Shown here piece after piece: positions 26,301 to 38,530 of a stretch of 64,000 bases of DNA. The notes beneath the pieces were generated by a model. That model saw only the letters and a list, made by a program, of their open reading frames with translations, searched no databases and had not been told where the DNA came from. The DNA is taken from positions 117,118,001-117,182,000 of the forward strand of contig NW_027362773.1 in the NCBI RefSeq assembly GCF_046119375.1. The letters are read 5' to 3'. The DNA is from Phyllobates terribilis. Lineage: Eukaryota. A program made the position numbers and the translations under genes. Each line of letters starts with the position of its first letter. Position 1 is the stretch's first letter.

Positions 26301-27181
26301 TCTACTCTCTTTGCAGTACGTCCCCACCACTGGGGCTGTGATACAAATAGAGAGTGTCCACCTACAAATATATAGTGCTGAGCTCCGGGTCCACGCACAT
26401 TTTACTGGTCTCAGGTGAGGTTATAGATTTGTGCCACTCTCATATTGCTCATGTCTCCCTGTGTAACCATTTTTTTATGTAGGAAAACTACATAGAAACT
26501 AAGAAACTGCCTTTGATGTAAATTTGCTGGAAAGAGATAAATTATATCTTTGCGCTTTGTTTTTTTTCCAAGAGGCATCGTTTTTTATTTAATGATGCCT
26601 TTCATCTTTCCATATATTGTATGCAAAAATGAAAGGTAAAATTCTAAGTGTGATGTAGTAAAAGCTTTGAGATCCTTCAGCATGCCCCTGACTTACATGG
26701 CAACATCATTGGCTCCCCACGATCTTGTTGCGGGGTGACCATAGGCATCTAAATGCACCCACCCTACAGGACCTAACCACTTGGTATTTGCAATTGACTG
26801 CACCATGTAAGGGGGATATGCAGCTGGCTCTAAATTCTCACAGGTCCTATCCATGTTCTGCACATCTGTTCAATGTGAGGTGAAAACCTATGCAGCAGCG
26901 CTGCTGATACCTGAGCTGTCAATTGCTCAACAGTGCACTAGGGAAATATATTGATATATTGGTTAAAATTCTATATATATTTCCATCCTTCTCTTATTGA
27001 AGTTGATAGATTCAGGCAGGCAAATACCTTAACCTCATCTCCTAAAGCCCTTTTTTATGCATAAGATGGTTGTCAAGGCCTCAAACTGAGAACCCTGGTG
27101 TAGAGAACGGAGTTCAGACCTACCCCTAAACTGGAGACTGCGGTAATTTTTAGACTGGTCTGAAGAAGGTAATAATTTTGT

Positions 27182-27213
<32 letters not shown>

Positions 27214-30200
27214 TTGTTTAGTTTCGTATTTATCACAGCAGAGTATGATTTTTTTTTTTTGCATTTTTTGTTTTATATGCGTTATAAATAACAAATTTTT
27301 TGCAATGTTGTTACATATTAGCATGTATCATCTCTTTTCTGTGCCCCTTATTTTTAGCCTTTCCAAGCTAACGTCTGTGATCTGTTTGCAGGTATATACT
27401 GTACAATTACCCAGTCGTGTCTGCCATCATTGGCATTGCCAGCAACTTTATCTTCTTGAGCGTCCTGGTGTTACTCAGCTATCTGCAGTTTGGAGCTGGA
27501 AGATTTCGTTTCAGGGTGAGCGAGGAAAGCGACGCACCAGGGATGCAGGTGATGGACGTTGCATGACTACATGAATGCTTTTTTTTTTGCTTTCTTTTCC
27601 TGTAGGCAGCCAACGTGGGCAGCACCGAAACGGGAAGGACTGAGACCCAAGAAGGAAGCGCTGCAGAGTCAGGTAAGGCCACGAGTTAGCACTGATTTAA
27701 CACAGCACCGCCTCATAGGTTCCCTTTGACTATCAGCTGATTCATGCTGCCCAATAATCAAGAGGGCAGCATGGTGGCTCAGTGGTTAGCACTGCAGCCT
27801 TGCAGCCCTGTGTTCAAATCCCACCAAGGACATCTGCAAGGCGTTTGTATGTTCTCCCCGTGTTTGCGTGGGTTTCCTCCGGGTTCTCCGGTTTCCTCCC
27901 ACACCCCAAAGACATACTGATAGGGAATCTAGATTGTGAGCCCCAATGGGGACAGTGATGATAATCAATGTAAAGCGCTGCGGAATTAATAGTGCTATGT
28001 AAGTGAGTAAAATAAGAGCCTGGAGCATTTCACGAAAAAATATAGTTATAGGATCCAATGTTCCAGGTTTTACGCCAGACCTATATTCCTTGTTAACCAT
28101 GCCCATGTTTGAAAAAGAACTAAAGTTTCAAACTTTGTACAGCATATAATTATTTTTCTCAAAACTGAGCCTCTCAAACACCACGGGGCACCGAACAGTG
28201 TGAGAAGCACAATTGTAAATTAATATTTGAGCACTAGATGGCAGGATCGCTCTATTTTCTTTTTGACTCCTAAAGTTCATTCTTCTGTGATATGGACTTT
28301 GATACCTGTCTAGGTCTAGAAATAAATCTTCCGGATTTTTGGTAGATTTTAGCTCCGTGACAGGAGTGCAAAGTTTGTATACAGCTCAGTAAAAAGTCCA
28401 GAAATGACTTTCTCCAGAGGGGGGGCCCTAATGGAAGATCTTGAGTTGCGGTACCCTGACGTATGTGTGCAAGGAGAAACCAAAATGATAGTCACATTTC
28501 TGGTGTAGGATCAAGTGAACCCTTTTGGACCTCTTAGCAAATTGTAAAAAAAACAAACATTTTCTTCAAAATTAAAAAATAAGTTGTTTTTTTTTTTTTT
28601 TTTTTCCCCACAACCACTTTTTAATGATTCATCTGAATCTCTTAATTCATTCTTTTACTCCTGGATGGCAAGCAAAGATGCATCTCTGCCTTTCTTACTG
28701 CACCATAGCTAGGCTGCTTGCTATTTGGTACAATATTGGGGTTATCCACCTATATAATATTGATCTATTAGAGATGAGCAAATCTTTTAAAATTCTAATT
28801 TGCCTGCTTATCTGGATTTTTAAAAAAAAAAAAAAAAAATTTGATTCACTGCAAATCATCAAAAGTATTGCTAATCCTCCAATTGCACAGGAAAGATGTG
28901 CTTGAGGTCTACTAGTCCTTCATCCAGCCCCTCTCAAGCTCCTTAATGCAGAAACACAGCCTCTGTCATGGCAGAAGTGACCTCAACATATGCAGTATCA
29001 GTCAAAAGTTTGGACACACCTGTTCATTGATTACCGCAATCTTCTGTAAAATGGTAGCTACCATTCCAAGCAATTTACACAAATTGAATGGAAAATTGTT
29101 CCAAACTTCCTAAAATTTCGCAATTGATTCTTTCATCTCAAATATCAGTGTTCTAAGGATGCAGATTGTCTCTTCAGAGAGGACTTGAACTCTGTAGCGC
29201 CACCTGTTGGAAACAGCAATCCCACAAGTCAATATCGACTCTTCAATGAGCCTTGCAATATGACTTAGAATAGGAGCCAAATCAGAATCTCAATTTGTAG
29301 ACACTGTGTTTCGGGGTATTGCCTCTCATCAGTGCAAAAGTATGAGAACTGATTTGGCTAAGTGAGAGGCTGAGACTGGGATCTAAGACGTAACGTTTCT
29401 CCTTGTGGAGAGTAACATTCTGATTTGGCTTTTATCCTAAGAATCATTAAAGGGTTGATATTGACTTCTAGGATTGCTACTTCCTGTAGGTTGCGCTATA
29501 GAGTTCTAGTTCTCTTCCTCTCTAAATATGCAAATTGTCTCTTCTATCTCCCAGAGCAGCATGCAAGGCATTTAAGTCTCCTCTCACTGGCATGCCAGAC
29601 CTGGCATGTCACTCTCCACAAGGAGAAACCTAACCCCTTAGATCCTAGTATTCAAAGGATAAATCCTCAATATTAAATCGATCAGGGTCTTACACCCTTC
29701 ACCCCCCGCTGATCACCTGTCAATAGCTCCCCTGGCGGCTAGATCTAACTGTTGAACAGAGCCGAACTGTCAAACGTGACACTAAGCATTGGGTTTTTGT
29801 TTGTGCCCTTGAAATTCGAACCAATGGAGGACTGGTTGTTATCATTGACATAACCATTATTTAAAATTGCTCAGATTGTTACAGATAATTGGTACATCCA
29901 TGACCAGGTGAAATTCACCCCCCCCGCCTTCCCCCATACACATTACTACAGAGCCTCTATGGAGCTGAGAACCTGTGCAAGATGCGTGCAGTATCCATGA
30001 GAGCTTACAGGGGTATTCCCATCTCCAAGATCCTATCCCAATATGTAATAAGTGTATTAATAATATTAGCAAATACCTCCAATTAGAAATGTAGTATAGT
30101 TATGATTCGCTATATCACTTACCCCATCTGCAGGGCATTGTAGTAGCTTGGGTATCCATGGTTACGACCACTCATGCCTAAGCTACTGCAATGCCCTGCA

Positions 30201-32527
30201 CATGGGGTAAGTGACATAGTGAATCATAACTATACTACATTTCTAATTGGAGGTATTTGCTATTATTATTATTACACCTACTACACATTGGGATAGGATC
30301 TTGGAGATGGGAATACACATTTAAAGACCAGAAAGGGTCAAAACGGAGCCCTGAGTCACATCTCCAGCATGTTGGGAATGGACCGCAATATTTTATGTAG
30401 CAGGATTAGTATATTCTACCATCTTTTACCTTTTAAGGATATAATAGGTTATATTACATCTGGTTTGTTATGATTCTACATACGATCATAGCAGCTGAAT
30501 TCGACTGCCTCTGAAATTATGATCAGATTTCAGTAGTAACATTTGGCTTATGGTGTCCGACTTCTGATGGAGGAGCGTATGACCTGTCCATCAGCTTCAC
30601 ATGGCAAAGCTGTTTTTCTTTTTGGAGGATGCTGATGGGCTGGTCTGGTCACTCGGTCCTCCATCGGCTGCTATTTTATGGAAAAACGTGTTGGTCATTT
30701 TGAGGAAAGCTGCGCTAATGAGAAAGTGAAAAACTGTGCAAAAAATAAAAAAAATTAAAAGTACCGAAGATTAGAAAAAAAAAACCCACAACTTTATGTT
30801 CTATAATGGAGGCACGGAAGAGCTAAATCTGCTCCAGTGATGGTAATGATAGAGGGGTACTCTTAGGAGATGACCATTGATATAAATGGTTGGTTGTGCA
30901 GACCACGGGTCGGGTCCTTTTTTAGCATTTGGGATTGTGAACGATTAAGGCCCCTTTGTTGTCTTTATGTCCTAATATGACAAGGGGTCTTCACAAGACA
31001 GCCTTTTTATGGTATACTTGTCAGTAGGATACATTTAGTAGAATTGACTTTTTGATGGGCCTTCCGGTAACGTTATGTGAATAAGTACATGCAATAGTCG
31101 TGATTGTGACTCCTGACCAAACCCTAAATGTTTCTTCTTCAAAGAGCGTGGTAAGGATCCAGACACTGAGACTCTTGGCCAAGGTGAAGGCACTAGAGCA
31201 GACCCTTCCTATGATGCTGGTACGTAAGATCCTTACCATCCATAATAACCTGTGCACAGAATGGTGGCAGCCGTATATATCAATGTATTAACTAAGAAAA
31301 AATTCACTGCTGACTCCAGAAATATCAAAACACAAATTGCAATCCGGCGATGTGATCTTCTGGACCCACCGGGTTTCCATGACAGCTGGGGGCCTCAAGA
31401 AGGCTCCTGCCCAGGGCTGCCTTATTGGTATAGGAGTCTACTGTTATATCGGTGGTCAAGCGTCCGTCCCATAGTGGGACTGAAAGAAAATGCAAAAAGA
31501 AAAGTTCTTAAAATGTATGTATATAACACGCTCTCACACACTTGCAGATCAGTTGGGGTCCGGGCACCAAGACTCCCCACAGACTGCACAGAGCGGTTTA
31601 CGGGCTCCTATAAGTCTATGCTTCCATGCACTCCTTCTCACAAAGTGGTAAGGCCCGTAGACTTACTATTGAGCACGTACACTTCTCTGGGTGTGTGCTG
31701 CGTACAACAGCTGTGTACTTCAGAGTGATGTTTTGTGCAATCAGAGGGGATCTTGGGACCAGCAGCTACTTGCAGCGTCTATAATAAATATAAAATACAT
31801 GTTTAATGACAATTACACTTTGTGCAAAAAAAGAGAAAAGAACTGGCACCATTCAGAACTCTCACAAAATGGTAGGATATCTGCACCCACCTTGCTATTT
31901 TTCGGAAACTCCTGATGCCTCACCGCGTGTAACACGTTCATAGAGTTTCAAAGAGAGAAGAAGGCGGCACCCACTGTTATGTAAAAAACTTGTTTATTTT
32001 GGACCCATTGTGCACGAAACGGCCGTCGTCCGTCTTTTGTGCCTGCATCCATGTTTTTAGGATTGTTAGATAAACAGGTTTTTTACGCGATAGACTGCTG
32101 CCTTGTTCTCTCTTTGGAACTCTGACAATTACACTTTAACAATAAAAACAAAAAAAAACTTTAAAAAAATGTTTTTGTATCAAACGATCAAATCAATCTA
32201 AGATGCTTTAAGATATTTCCTATAGTGTCCTGACCCTATCCTATAGCGTATAGGGTTTTCTTACCTAGAGTCTTCCACAATTTCTGTCAACCTTCTTTTA
32301 CTGTAATTGGAAAACTATTAGTTGCTGATTGTTGTTGACCAGTCCGGTCTCTTCTAGGTGTGCAACCTCGGACTGTAGGAATGACAGAAGACGACAGTGA
32401 GGACCAAGAGGATTTCGACATAAGTTTACCGGGGGACATGGACATCTCTGGTGCTGTTGGAACTCAGAATGAGCCTCAGACTGGGCTGATGCTGCGGCAG
32501 AGGCTGACTCAATGCAGCGCCCACTGA
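22994..32527 (+). CDS. BSCL2: Seipin, join(22994..23205,23619..23700,25249..25392,25474..25608,26317..26414,27392..27515,27606..27672,31145..31219,32358..32527), 1107 nt, 368 aa
   Basis: All introns are GT-AG with consistent phases. The protein has TM1 ([28 protein letters not shown]), the luminal domain ([27 protein letters not shown]), TM2 and the C-terminal [11 protein letters not shown]. Confidence 0.96.
23619..23700 (+). CDS. BSCL2: BSCL2 coding exon 2 ([27 protein letters not shown])
   Basis: tttcag|C...CGG|gtgagc; 82 nt. Confidence 0.96.
23772..23908. other. Assembly gap (137 N)
   Basis: Run of N in a BSCL2 intron. Confidence 1.
24776..25112. mobile_element. Near-perfect palindromic T2/Kolobok-like MITE
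   Basis: TTAA flanks; ~160-bp arms are reverse complements; second copy at 30009-30320. Confidence 0.85.
25249..25392 (+). CDS. BSCL2: BSCL2 coding exon 3 (VLMYGQPY...YTARS)
   Basis: ccgcag|GTG...TCT|gtgagt; 144 nt. Confidence 0.97.
25474..25608 (+). CDS. BSCL2: BSCL2 coding exon 4 (AMLHYKS...YREDS)
   Basis: caccag|GCG...TCG|gttagt; 135 nt. Confidence 0.97.
26317..26414 (+). CDS. BSCL2: BSCL2 coding exon 5 (YVPTTGA...HFTGL)
   Basis: ttgcag|TAC...AG|gtgagg; 98 nt. Confidence 0.97.
27392..27515 (+). CDS. BSCL2: BSCL2 coding exon 6 (YILYNYP...GRFRFR; TM2)
   Basis: ttgcag|G...AGG|gtgagc; 124 nt. Confidence 0.95.
27606..27672 (+). CDS. BSCL2: BSCL2 coding exon 7 (AANVGST...SAAES)
   Basis: ctgtag|GCA...G|gtaagg; 67 nt after a 90-nt intron. 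Confidence 0.88.
27764..28015 (+). mobile_element. tRNA-derived SINE
   Basis: A box TGGCTCAGTGG, B box GTTCAAATCC, conserved TGTATGTTCTCCCCGTGTTTGCGTGGGTTT core, A-rich tail. Confidence 0.88.
29160..29650. mobile_element. Family Y locus with divergent arms (29160-29415 minus; 29416-29650 plus)
   Basis: Both arms align with 21945-22507; hammerhead at 29294-29338. Confidence 0.8.
29294..29338 (-). ncRNA. Type I hammerhead ribozyme motif, best-preserved family Y copy (D)
   Basis: TTTGCA CTGATGA GAGG CAATA CCCC GAAA CACAGTG TC TACAAA. All core nucleotides and GUC are intact; one A.C mismatch in each of stems I and II. Confidence 0.8.
30009..30320. mobile_element. Palindromic T2/Kolobok-like MITE, second copy
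   Basis: GGGGTATTCCCATCTCCAAGATCC...GGATCTTGGAGATGGGAATAC termini. Confidence 0.85.
31145..31219 (+). CDS. BSCL2: BSCL2 coding exon 8 ([24 protein letters not shown])
   Basis: ttcttcaaag|AG...G|gtacgt; 75 nt, phase 1-1, keeps the frame; poorly conserved region. Confidence 0.75.
31943..32122. mobile_element. Small inverted Penelope-like remnant with the 3' half of a hammerhead
   Basis: Arms GAGTTTCAAAGAGAGAAGAAGGCGGCA... and ...CTGCCTTGTTCTCTCTTTGGAACTC; GAAACGGCCGTC at 32016-32027. Confidence 0.55.
32358..32527 (+). CDS. BSCL2: BSCL2 last coding exon (VQPRT...[11 protein letters not shown])
   Basis: ttctag|GT; acidic tail; the LRQR motif matches human LRQRPTCSSS. Confidence 0.92.
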
Positions 32528-34141
32528 TGACTCCGACCCTTGAGCTTTCTTGCCCCACATCCTTCCAGAGTGTCCGCAGATCCTGATAAGATGAGACTGT
32601 CTCATTCACTGTTGTCTAGTTACTACTTCCAGCATGTTCTGTTAGAGAGTTGTTACTCTGCCACAGCTTCCCACTTGCAACTTTCCAAGTATGGTCAACT
32701 ACAACCCTCAGCATGCCAAGCCCGCCACAGTGGAGTGAAGACCGCTGTTTAGGATTGTAGAACTAAACCACAACCTCTCTGTTCCCATTGGTCATGGAAG
32801 GTGAATTCTGCTCCTCTGATTTGCTCTGGTCGTTTCCTGATCGGTAGTTTGCACATAGTCACACAACGATTTCAGTTTTCTAGGTCAGTTTACACAATTT
32901 TTGTCAGATTTTGCCATGTTCCTCTTTCTTTTTGCTATAATTCCTATCGGGATCTCATACTTCTATCTTGTGCCAACACACGGAAGCTTGTGGTGTTTCG
33001 TGAACAGATGACTCGGCTGTCTTAAGATGTACAGACTAGTACACAGAACACATTCCACACAGACTTAAAGTAAGTCTCCTCCTTACCTGTATCACTTCAA
33101 CTTTTCTCGACTTGGCAGACTTACAGACACACCTTAATGATCTGGTATGTAATGATTTATTTCCGAATGTGCCCGGACATGATGACCTTGTAGCTGAGGA
33201 CGTTTCTAGTTTTTCTATCGTTACAGACTACACGTACTTATTCACAGAAATAGGATCATGTAGCAAACATAGGTCATTAGAATAGAACATAAGTCTGTGT
33301 CATGAGCTAAAGGGTGGACATGCTTATCCTTGAAGGCATCAATTTATCTCCTTGATAGAAGAATCTGCGCTTAAAAGGATTTGTCCCATAAACAACATAT
33401 GTCTCTTATCCCTGGGTGTCTGACTGCTGGACCCCTCAACGATCAGGAGAACGGGGGTCCCTTTGTCCCTTTGTGAATGATGTACCACTTCTCCATTGCC
33501 TCTACTTTAGACCGTTAAAGAAGCGGTGGTCGCACCTGCTCATTACATCTTTATTTAATAGAGGGGTTGTGTCTCCCTCATTTTGAGGTTCAGTAGGGTT
33601 CTTGGTGGAATCGTCCAGAAGTCTGTGTTGGGCACTTCCCAACTCTTCTCCAATAGATGATGTTGGTGGAGAGACTTTCGGCCTGCTGGACTTCAACGGC
33701 CAAACCATCTTATGGAAGATAAGTTGCAGCCGGAGAAGTCCGACAGCAGCCCTCTCATAGAGAACGCTTGGCCAAGCTGAGCACTCCTATATATGGGGGA
33801 CTCGAGTGATCGTTGTTGGCTGAACAATTGTTCAACTGATAACTGGGTATGGAGTATGGAACAGAATGACTGTTCAAACCAAGCTCAGGCACTCGGTGCC
33901 AGTCATTTAAATACACCTTCCCACCTACTTAGTTTCCATCTATCTCTGCTCTTCTCTGGCCCTATAAAGTCAGAACTGTCAATCAAAGAGGAGGGGGTGG
34001 AGATAGGAGGTGGATAAGTGTAGTTAAATGTTTGGCCCCACTGTGAAGCACCGAGCAGTGGGACTTGCTTTGAAAAGTCATTCTGTGCTGACAAAGTCTG
34101 AGTTACCTTCTGATTGAGAGGCAGATTGCCATAGTGGGACC

Positions 34142-34278
34142 CTCGCCCTGCACCTCTCTAATTACTTTTGCCCATTCTTCACTCCTCCATCTGGAGATAG
34201 AAGCGCCCTGCACCTCTCTAGTTACTCCTGCCCATTCTTCACTCCTCCATCTGGAGATAGAAGCGCCCTGCACCTCTT
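34142..34278. repeat. 60-bp tandem duplication, ~2.2 copies
   Basis: CGCCCTGCACCTCT recurs at 34145, 34205 and 34265. Confidence 0.9.
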
Positions 34279-35059
34279 TATTTAGAAAGTTTTCTGTAGG
34301 ACCTATTGGTGGTGTCACGTGTTTTCTATTGTATGGATTTTATTTTTCTAATTTTTTTTCCTAGTTTTGTTTTCCTCTATTACAGCAATAGTTAGTTTTT
34401 TAGGGGGAGATCAGTGTATATTTTGCAATAGATGAACGTCAGCTCTTGGGGCACAGCCAGGACCCATTTTAGGTGATAAGTGACTCCTGAATATTTATTT
34501 ATGGTCCATGGAGGCCAGCAATAGTTTTAGCGTAGGATCCACAGTCGATCTGCTTAATATTAACACAAACGTAGTAATATTTTTTAACTGTTCGCTCGCT
34601 GCGCCGTATCTACACTATGGGTTATAGCGCACGTAGAAGAAAAGGAGCATTCCAAACCGTCGTGCACCAACTGCACATCATTGTGTTACACAATTAGTCA
34701 TTGTTTATTTCTGAAGCCAAATAAAAATGAATTTCCAATACTGCGAGTGGTCATTAAATCTGCACAAATGTATGTGTGCAAGTTTTCTCCATATTGTTGT
34801 AGAACACATATCAAACCATGTCCTTTCTTTGTTCTTTTGTAGAATTTTCCCTATTGAATTCAATAAAAAAAAATTATTAACGGAATTACAACCAACTTTT
34901 TTTTTTTTCTTCACAATATGGAGATTTCTTTGGTGTCTTGAATCCTTGTCTTGCTTCACTGCACTAATCAATACAAAATCTATATGTTTTTGACTGGAGT
35001 GCTCCCTTGATTGCTTCAGTTTTTTGTTTTTTTTGCCACATTTTTTTTTCCTGCTTTCT

Positions 35060-35097
<38 letters not shown>

Positions 35098-35528
35098 AGG
35101 TCGTGGTCATATGTTTGCTGCCAGTTAATAAAAATATTAGCTTTACCTCTGCAAATATTCTTACAAGGTCCCTCATGCACGGGAATTTATTAACCTATTT
35201 ACAGCAAACTTCTGACACATCATTCACAGATCTCGACATGCTCTGAAGTTGCATAAAAATCTTATGACTTTTAGCAGTTTTTATTGCAAAATTTGACACC
35301 GTCGCATAGTTCTGACTTGGGTGCACAAACAGCTGGAAAGTTGCTCCAAAGGAATACCTACTTTTTTCATTCTCTAACATGTTGGCAAGAAAGGCCGTGC
35401 GGAGCACTTATGCAGTGTCGGACTGGGTTGGGAAAGGTCCGCCAGTAACATTAATTCTTGGGGCTCACTGTTCAGCTACATGCAAAAAAAAAACCTGACC
35501 CTGATAGACAAACTTACTTTTGCTTCTA

Positions 35529-37118
35529 CAGTAGTATTTAAAATAATAGCAGTCCAATATGTCTAACCAGAGTAATCACTGTTTTTGGTATAAATTATAT
35601 TTCCACATGTCAAACAATTTACAAGTTGGGGCAGTAGATTCCAAGAAAACCACCAGACTCTGCATTCATGATCTGCAGGTTTTTGAGTCTGTGTATTTGA
35701 ATAATTAATTGTAAGGGGGTTTGTTCAAAATAATAGCAGTGTGGAGTTCAATTAGAGAGGTCAATTATTCTGTGAAGTAACAGGTGTGAATCAGGTGGCC
35801 CTTATTTAAGGGTGAAGCCAGCACATGTTGTACATGCATTTCTCCTTGAAAGCCTGAGAATTGTGGGTCGTTTGAGACATTGTTCAGAAGAACCACGTAC
35901 GTTAATTAAAAAGTTGGAGAGGGTAAAACTTATAAAGAAGTGCAGACAATGATCAGCTGTTCAGCTAAAATGATCTCCAATGTTTTAAAATGGAAAACAA
36001 AACCAGAGAGACGTGGAAGAAAACTGAAGACTACCATTTGAATGGATCGAAGAATAGCCAGAATGGCAAAGGCTCAGCCAATGATCAGCTCCAGGATGAT
36101 CAAAGACAGTCTCAAGTTACCTGTGAGTACTGTGACAGTTAGAAGACTCCTGTGTGAAGCTAATCTCCTTAGCAAGAAGTCCCAGTAAAGTCCCACTGTT
36201 GGAAAAAAGGCATATACTGAAGGGGATACAATTTGCCAAAGAACACATCAACTGGCCTAAAGAAAAATGGAGAAACATTTTGTGAATTGATGAAAGTAAA
36301 ATTTTTCCTTTTGGGGCCAAGGGCCGCAGACAGTTCGTCAGACGACCCCCAAACTCTGCATTCAAGCCACAGTACACTCTGAATACAGTGGAGCATGGTG
36401 GTGCCAGCATCATGATACGGGCATGTTTCTCTTACTATGGTGTCGGACCTATTTACCGTATACCAGGGATCATGGACCAGTTTGCATATATTAAAATACT
36501 TGAAGAGGTCATGTTGCCTTACACTAAAGAGGATATGCCCTTGAAATGAGTGTTTCAACAAGACAACGACCCTAAACACACCAGTAAATTAGCAAAATTT
36601 TGATTCCAGTCCAAGAAAATTAAGGTTATGGAGTGGCCAGCCCAATCCCCGGACCTTAGTCCGATAGAACACTTGTGGGGTGACATCAAAAATGCCGTTT
36701 CTGAGGCAAATCCGACAAATGCCAAAAAATTGTGTGATGTAGTCAAAGCATCCTGGGCTGGAATAACAGTTGACAGGTGCCAGAAGTTGGTTGACTCTAG
36801 GCAACATAGATGTGAAGCAGTTCTAAAAAACTGCATATACAACTAAATATTAGGTTAGTGATTCACAGGAATGCTAAATCCTCAAAAAAAGTACATATTG
36901 TGAGTTTGTAAAGACAAATGCAGACCCTTATTTTTTAGAACAACCCAATGTTCATTTGTTATTTTCTGTAAAGTAGTTAAAAATTATATACATTTCTCCA
37001 TGTTTTGAATTAGAAAACCATGTGCAATGTTCCCAATGCAAAGAAATGAAAACTAGTATAAAGATCTTGTGCTTAACTCATGTTTTTGAACACACTGCTA
37101 TTATTTTGATCACTACTG
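35529..37118 (+). mobile_element. Full-length degenerate Tc1 element
   Basis: TIRs CAGTAGT(A/G)NN(T/C)AAAATAATAGCAGT; remnants QQDNDPKH and MEWPAQSPDLSPIEHLW. Confidence 0.92.
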
Positions 37119-37559
37119 CATGTAATTTAAGTTGGCTAGCTTGTTTAATGAATAGATACCCTTGATTCACAATTTTCAGAAAAAGGTAAGATCACTGCTC
37201 AGTAGCACTCCTTTCAGGGGCGGCCTACCGGAGTATTCTTCTGTTCCCCCATGGGCCAGTCCGAACCTGCGCACATGCCAAGAGGTATACGGGCTCATAG
37301 ACTTTTTATGAGCCCATGTAGTGTTCTGTATGTGCTCTCATGCAGCAGCAGGGCATTCCTACTTCTAGATCAGCACATGTGACAAGTGTGTTGATGGATC
37401 AGTGGGTTTCTTAGGACCTGGACCCCCCACCAATTTGCAGGGTATATCATATCTTGTTCAAAAATAGAAATAAGCCTAGTTACCTATTTAAGATGTGGTC
37501 TCTGTACAAATTTGACACATCTTACACCAGGGGCCCTACAGTGTTGTAAAGAAAAATGG

Positions 37560-38530
37560 CCCTTTTTTTTTTGATCACCATTGACCGCACCTCCGAGAGA
37601 AGATCCACCCTTCAAGGACATGAAACCTACAGGATAAAAGGAGGAGCCTCTCCAAACGCATCAGTGGTTTCCTGTTCTTGGAGAGGGAACCTACAATCTG
37701 GGGTCTGTGCAGGGCATAGATTGTCGTGGAATACTCACAAAGGCCCCAATACGGTCACCTTCTAGGGGTGATAGGTGCGCTGTCGCGGCCTGTCTAGTGG
37801 AGATCTGGGGTGCCACATTGTTTCCTCGGGGGAATGTAGTTGCTGAGCGGTGAGGCTGCATCATAAGTGCTTTTGTGAAGCTCGCTATCTGCCTGGATGA
37901 TCCAGGGACTGCGCAGGTTGAGTCTAATGACCATGGGCGCGCCTTGATGAGAAGAGCATACCGGAAGTGAGACAGCTCCCGAGTTACACCAGAAGGAGGT
38001 GGGCAATTTGAAAAAGACCACGTTGTGCTGATGTGATGCCGTACAGCGCCAAAGCGTGGTCGACCACGTTGCATGATCGTGCCTGGACTTCAGGATGGAC
38101 GAACCCACACCTTCCAGAGTGGATCATTCGGAAGATGTGATTCCTCCTCCTAATCCGGTAGGTTGAAGGCTTTTAAGGGGGTAAGTGACCTCTGTGAATG
38201 TGCCGCTTGTAGAAGGGGGCTTTATACTTCTGTCTCGTAGGGCAGGTCTAGGAAGTGTGTCGCTAAGAGAGTGTGCATTATGTAGGGTAAAACTACCAGG
38301 CGCATGGGAAAAGAGATTGTGTCAGTCCTGTATAGAAAAAAACATTTGTGAAGAATCTCCTTCGTTAACCTCGGACATTAAATCGAATAAGGGTGAAGTG
38401 AAAAATTCCCTTTAAAACCCTAATCCACCTAAAGCGTTTCGGGGAGATAAATCCAGGAGAGCCAAAGCCGTACCCTCGGATTCAGATGAGCATGTTCTAG
38501 GTCTTCCTATTGTCTGAGTTTTTCCATAAA
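37560..38530 (+). mobile_element. 5' fragment of a DIRS1-like retrotransposon (terminal repeat plus start of gag)
   Basis: ORF 38185..38415 contains ECALCRVKLPGAWEKRLCQSCIEK, a CxxC...CxxC finger like amphibian DIRS1 ORF1; T-rich start. Confidence 0.6.

Noticed and set aside
31252-31728. 158-aa intronic ORF
   Set aside because: No recognisable domain; overlaps MITE-like sequence in a BSCL2 intron.
33174-33210. ATGATGA CCT...AGG ACGTTT hammerhead-like string
   Set aside because: Lacks both C3U4 and GAAA; too degenerate to support.
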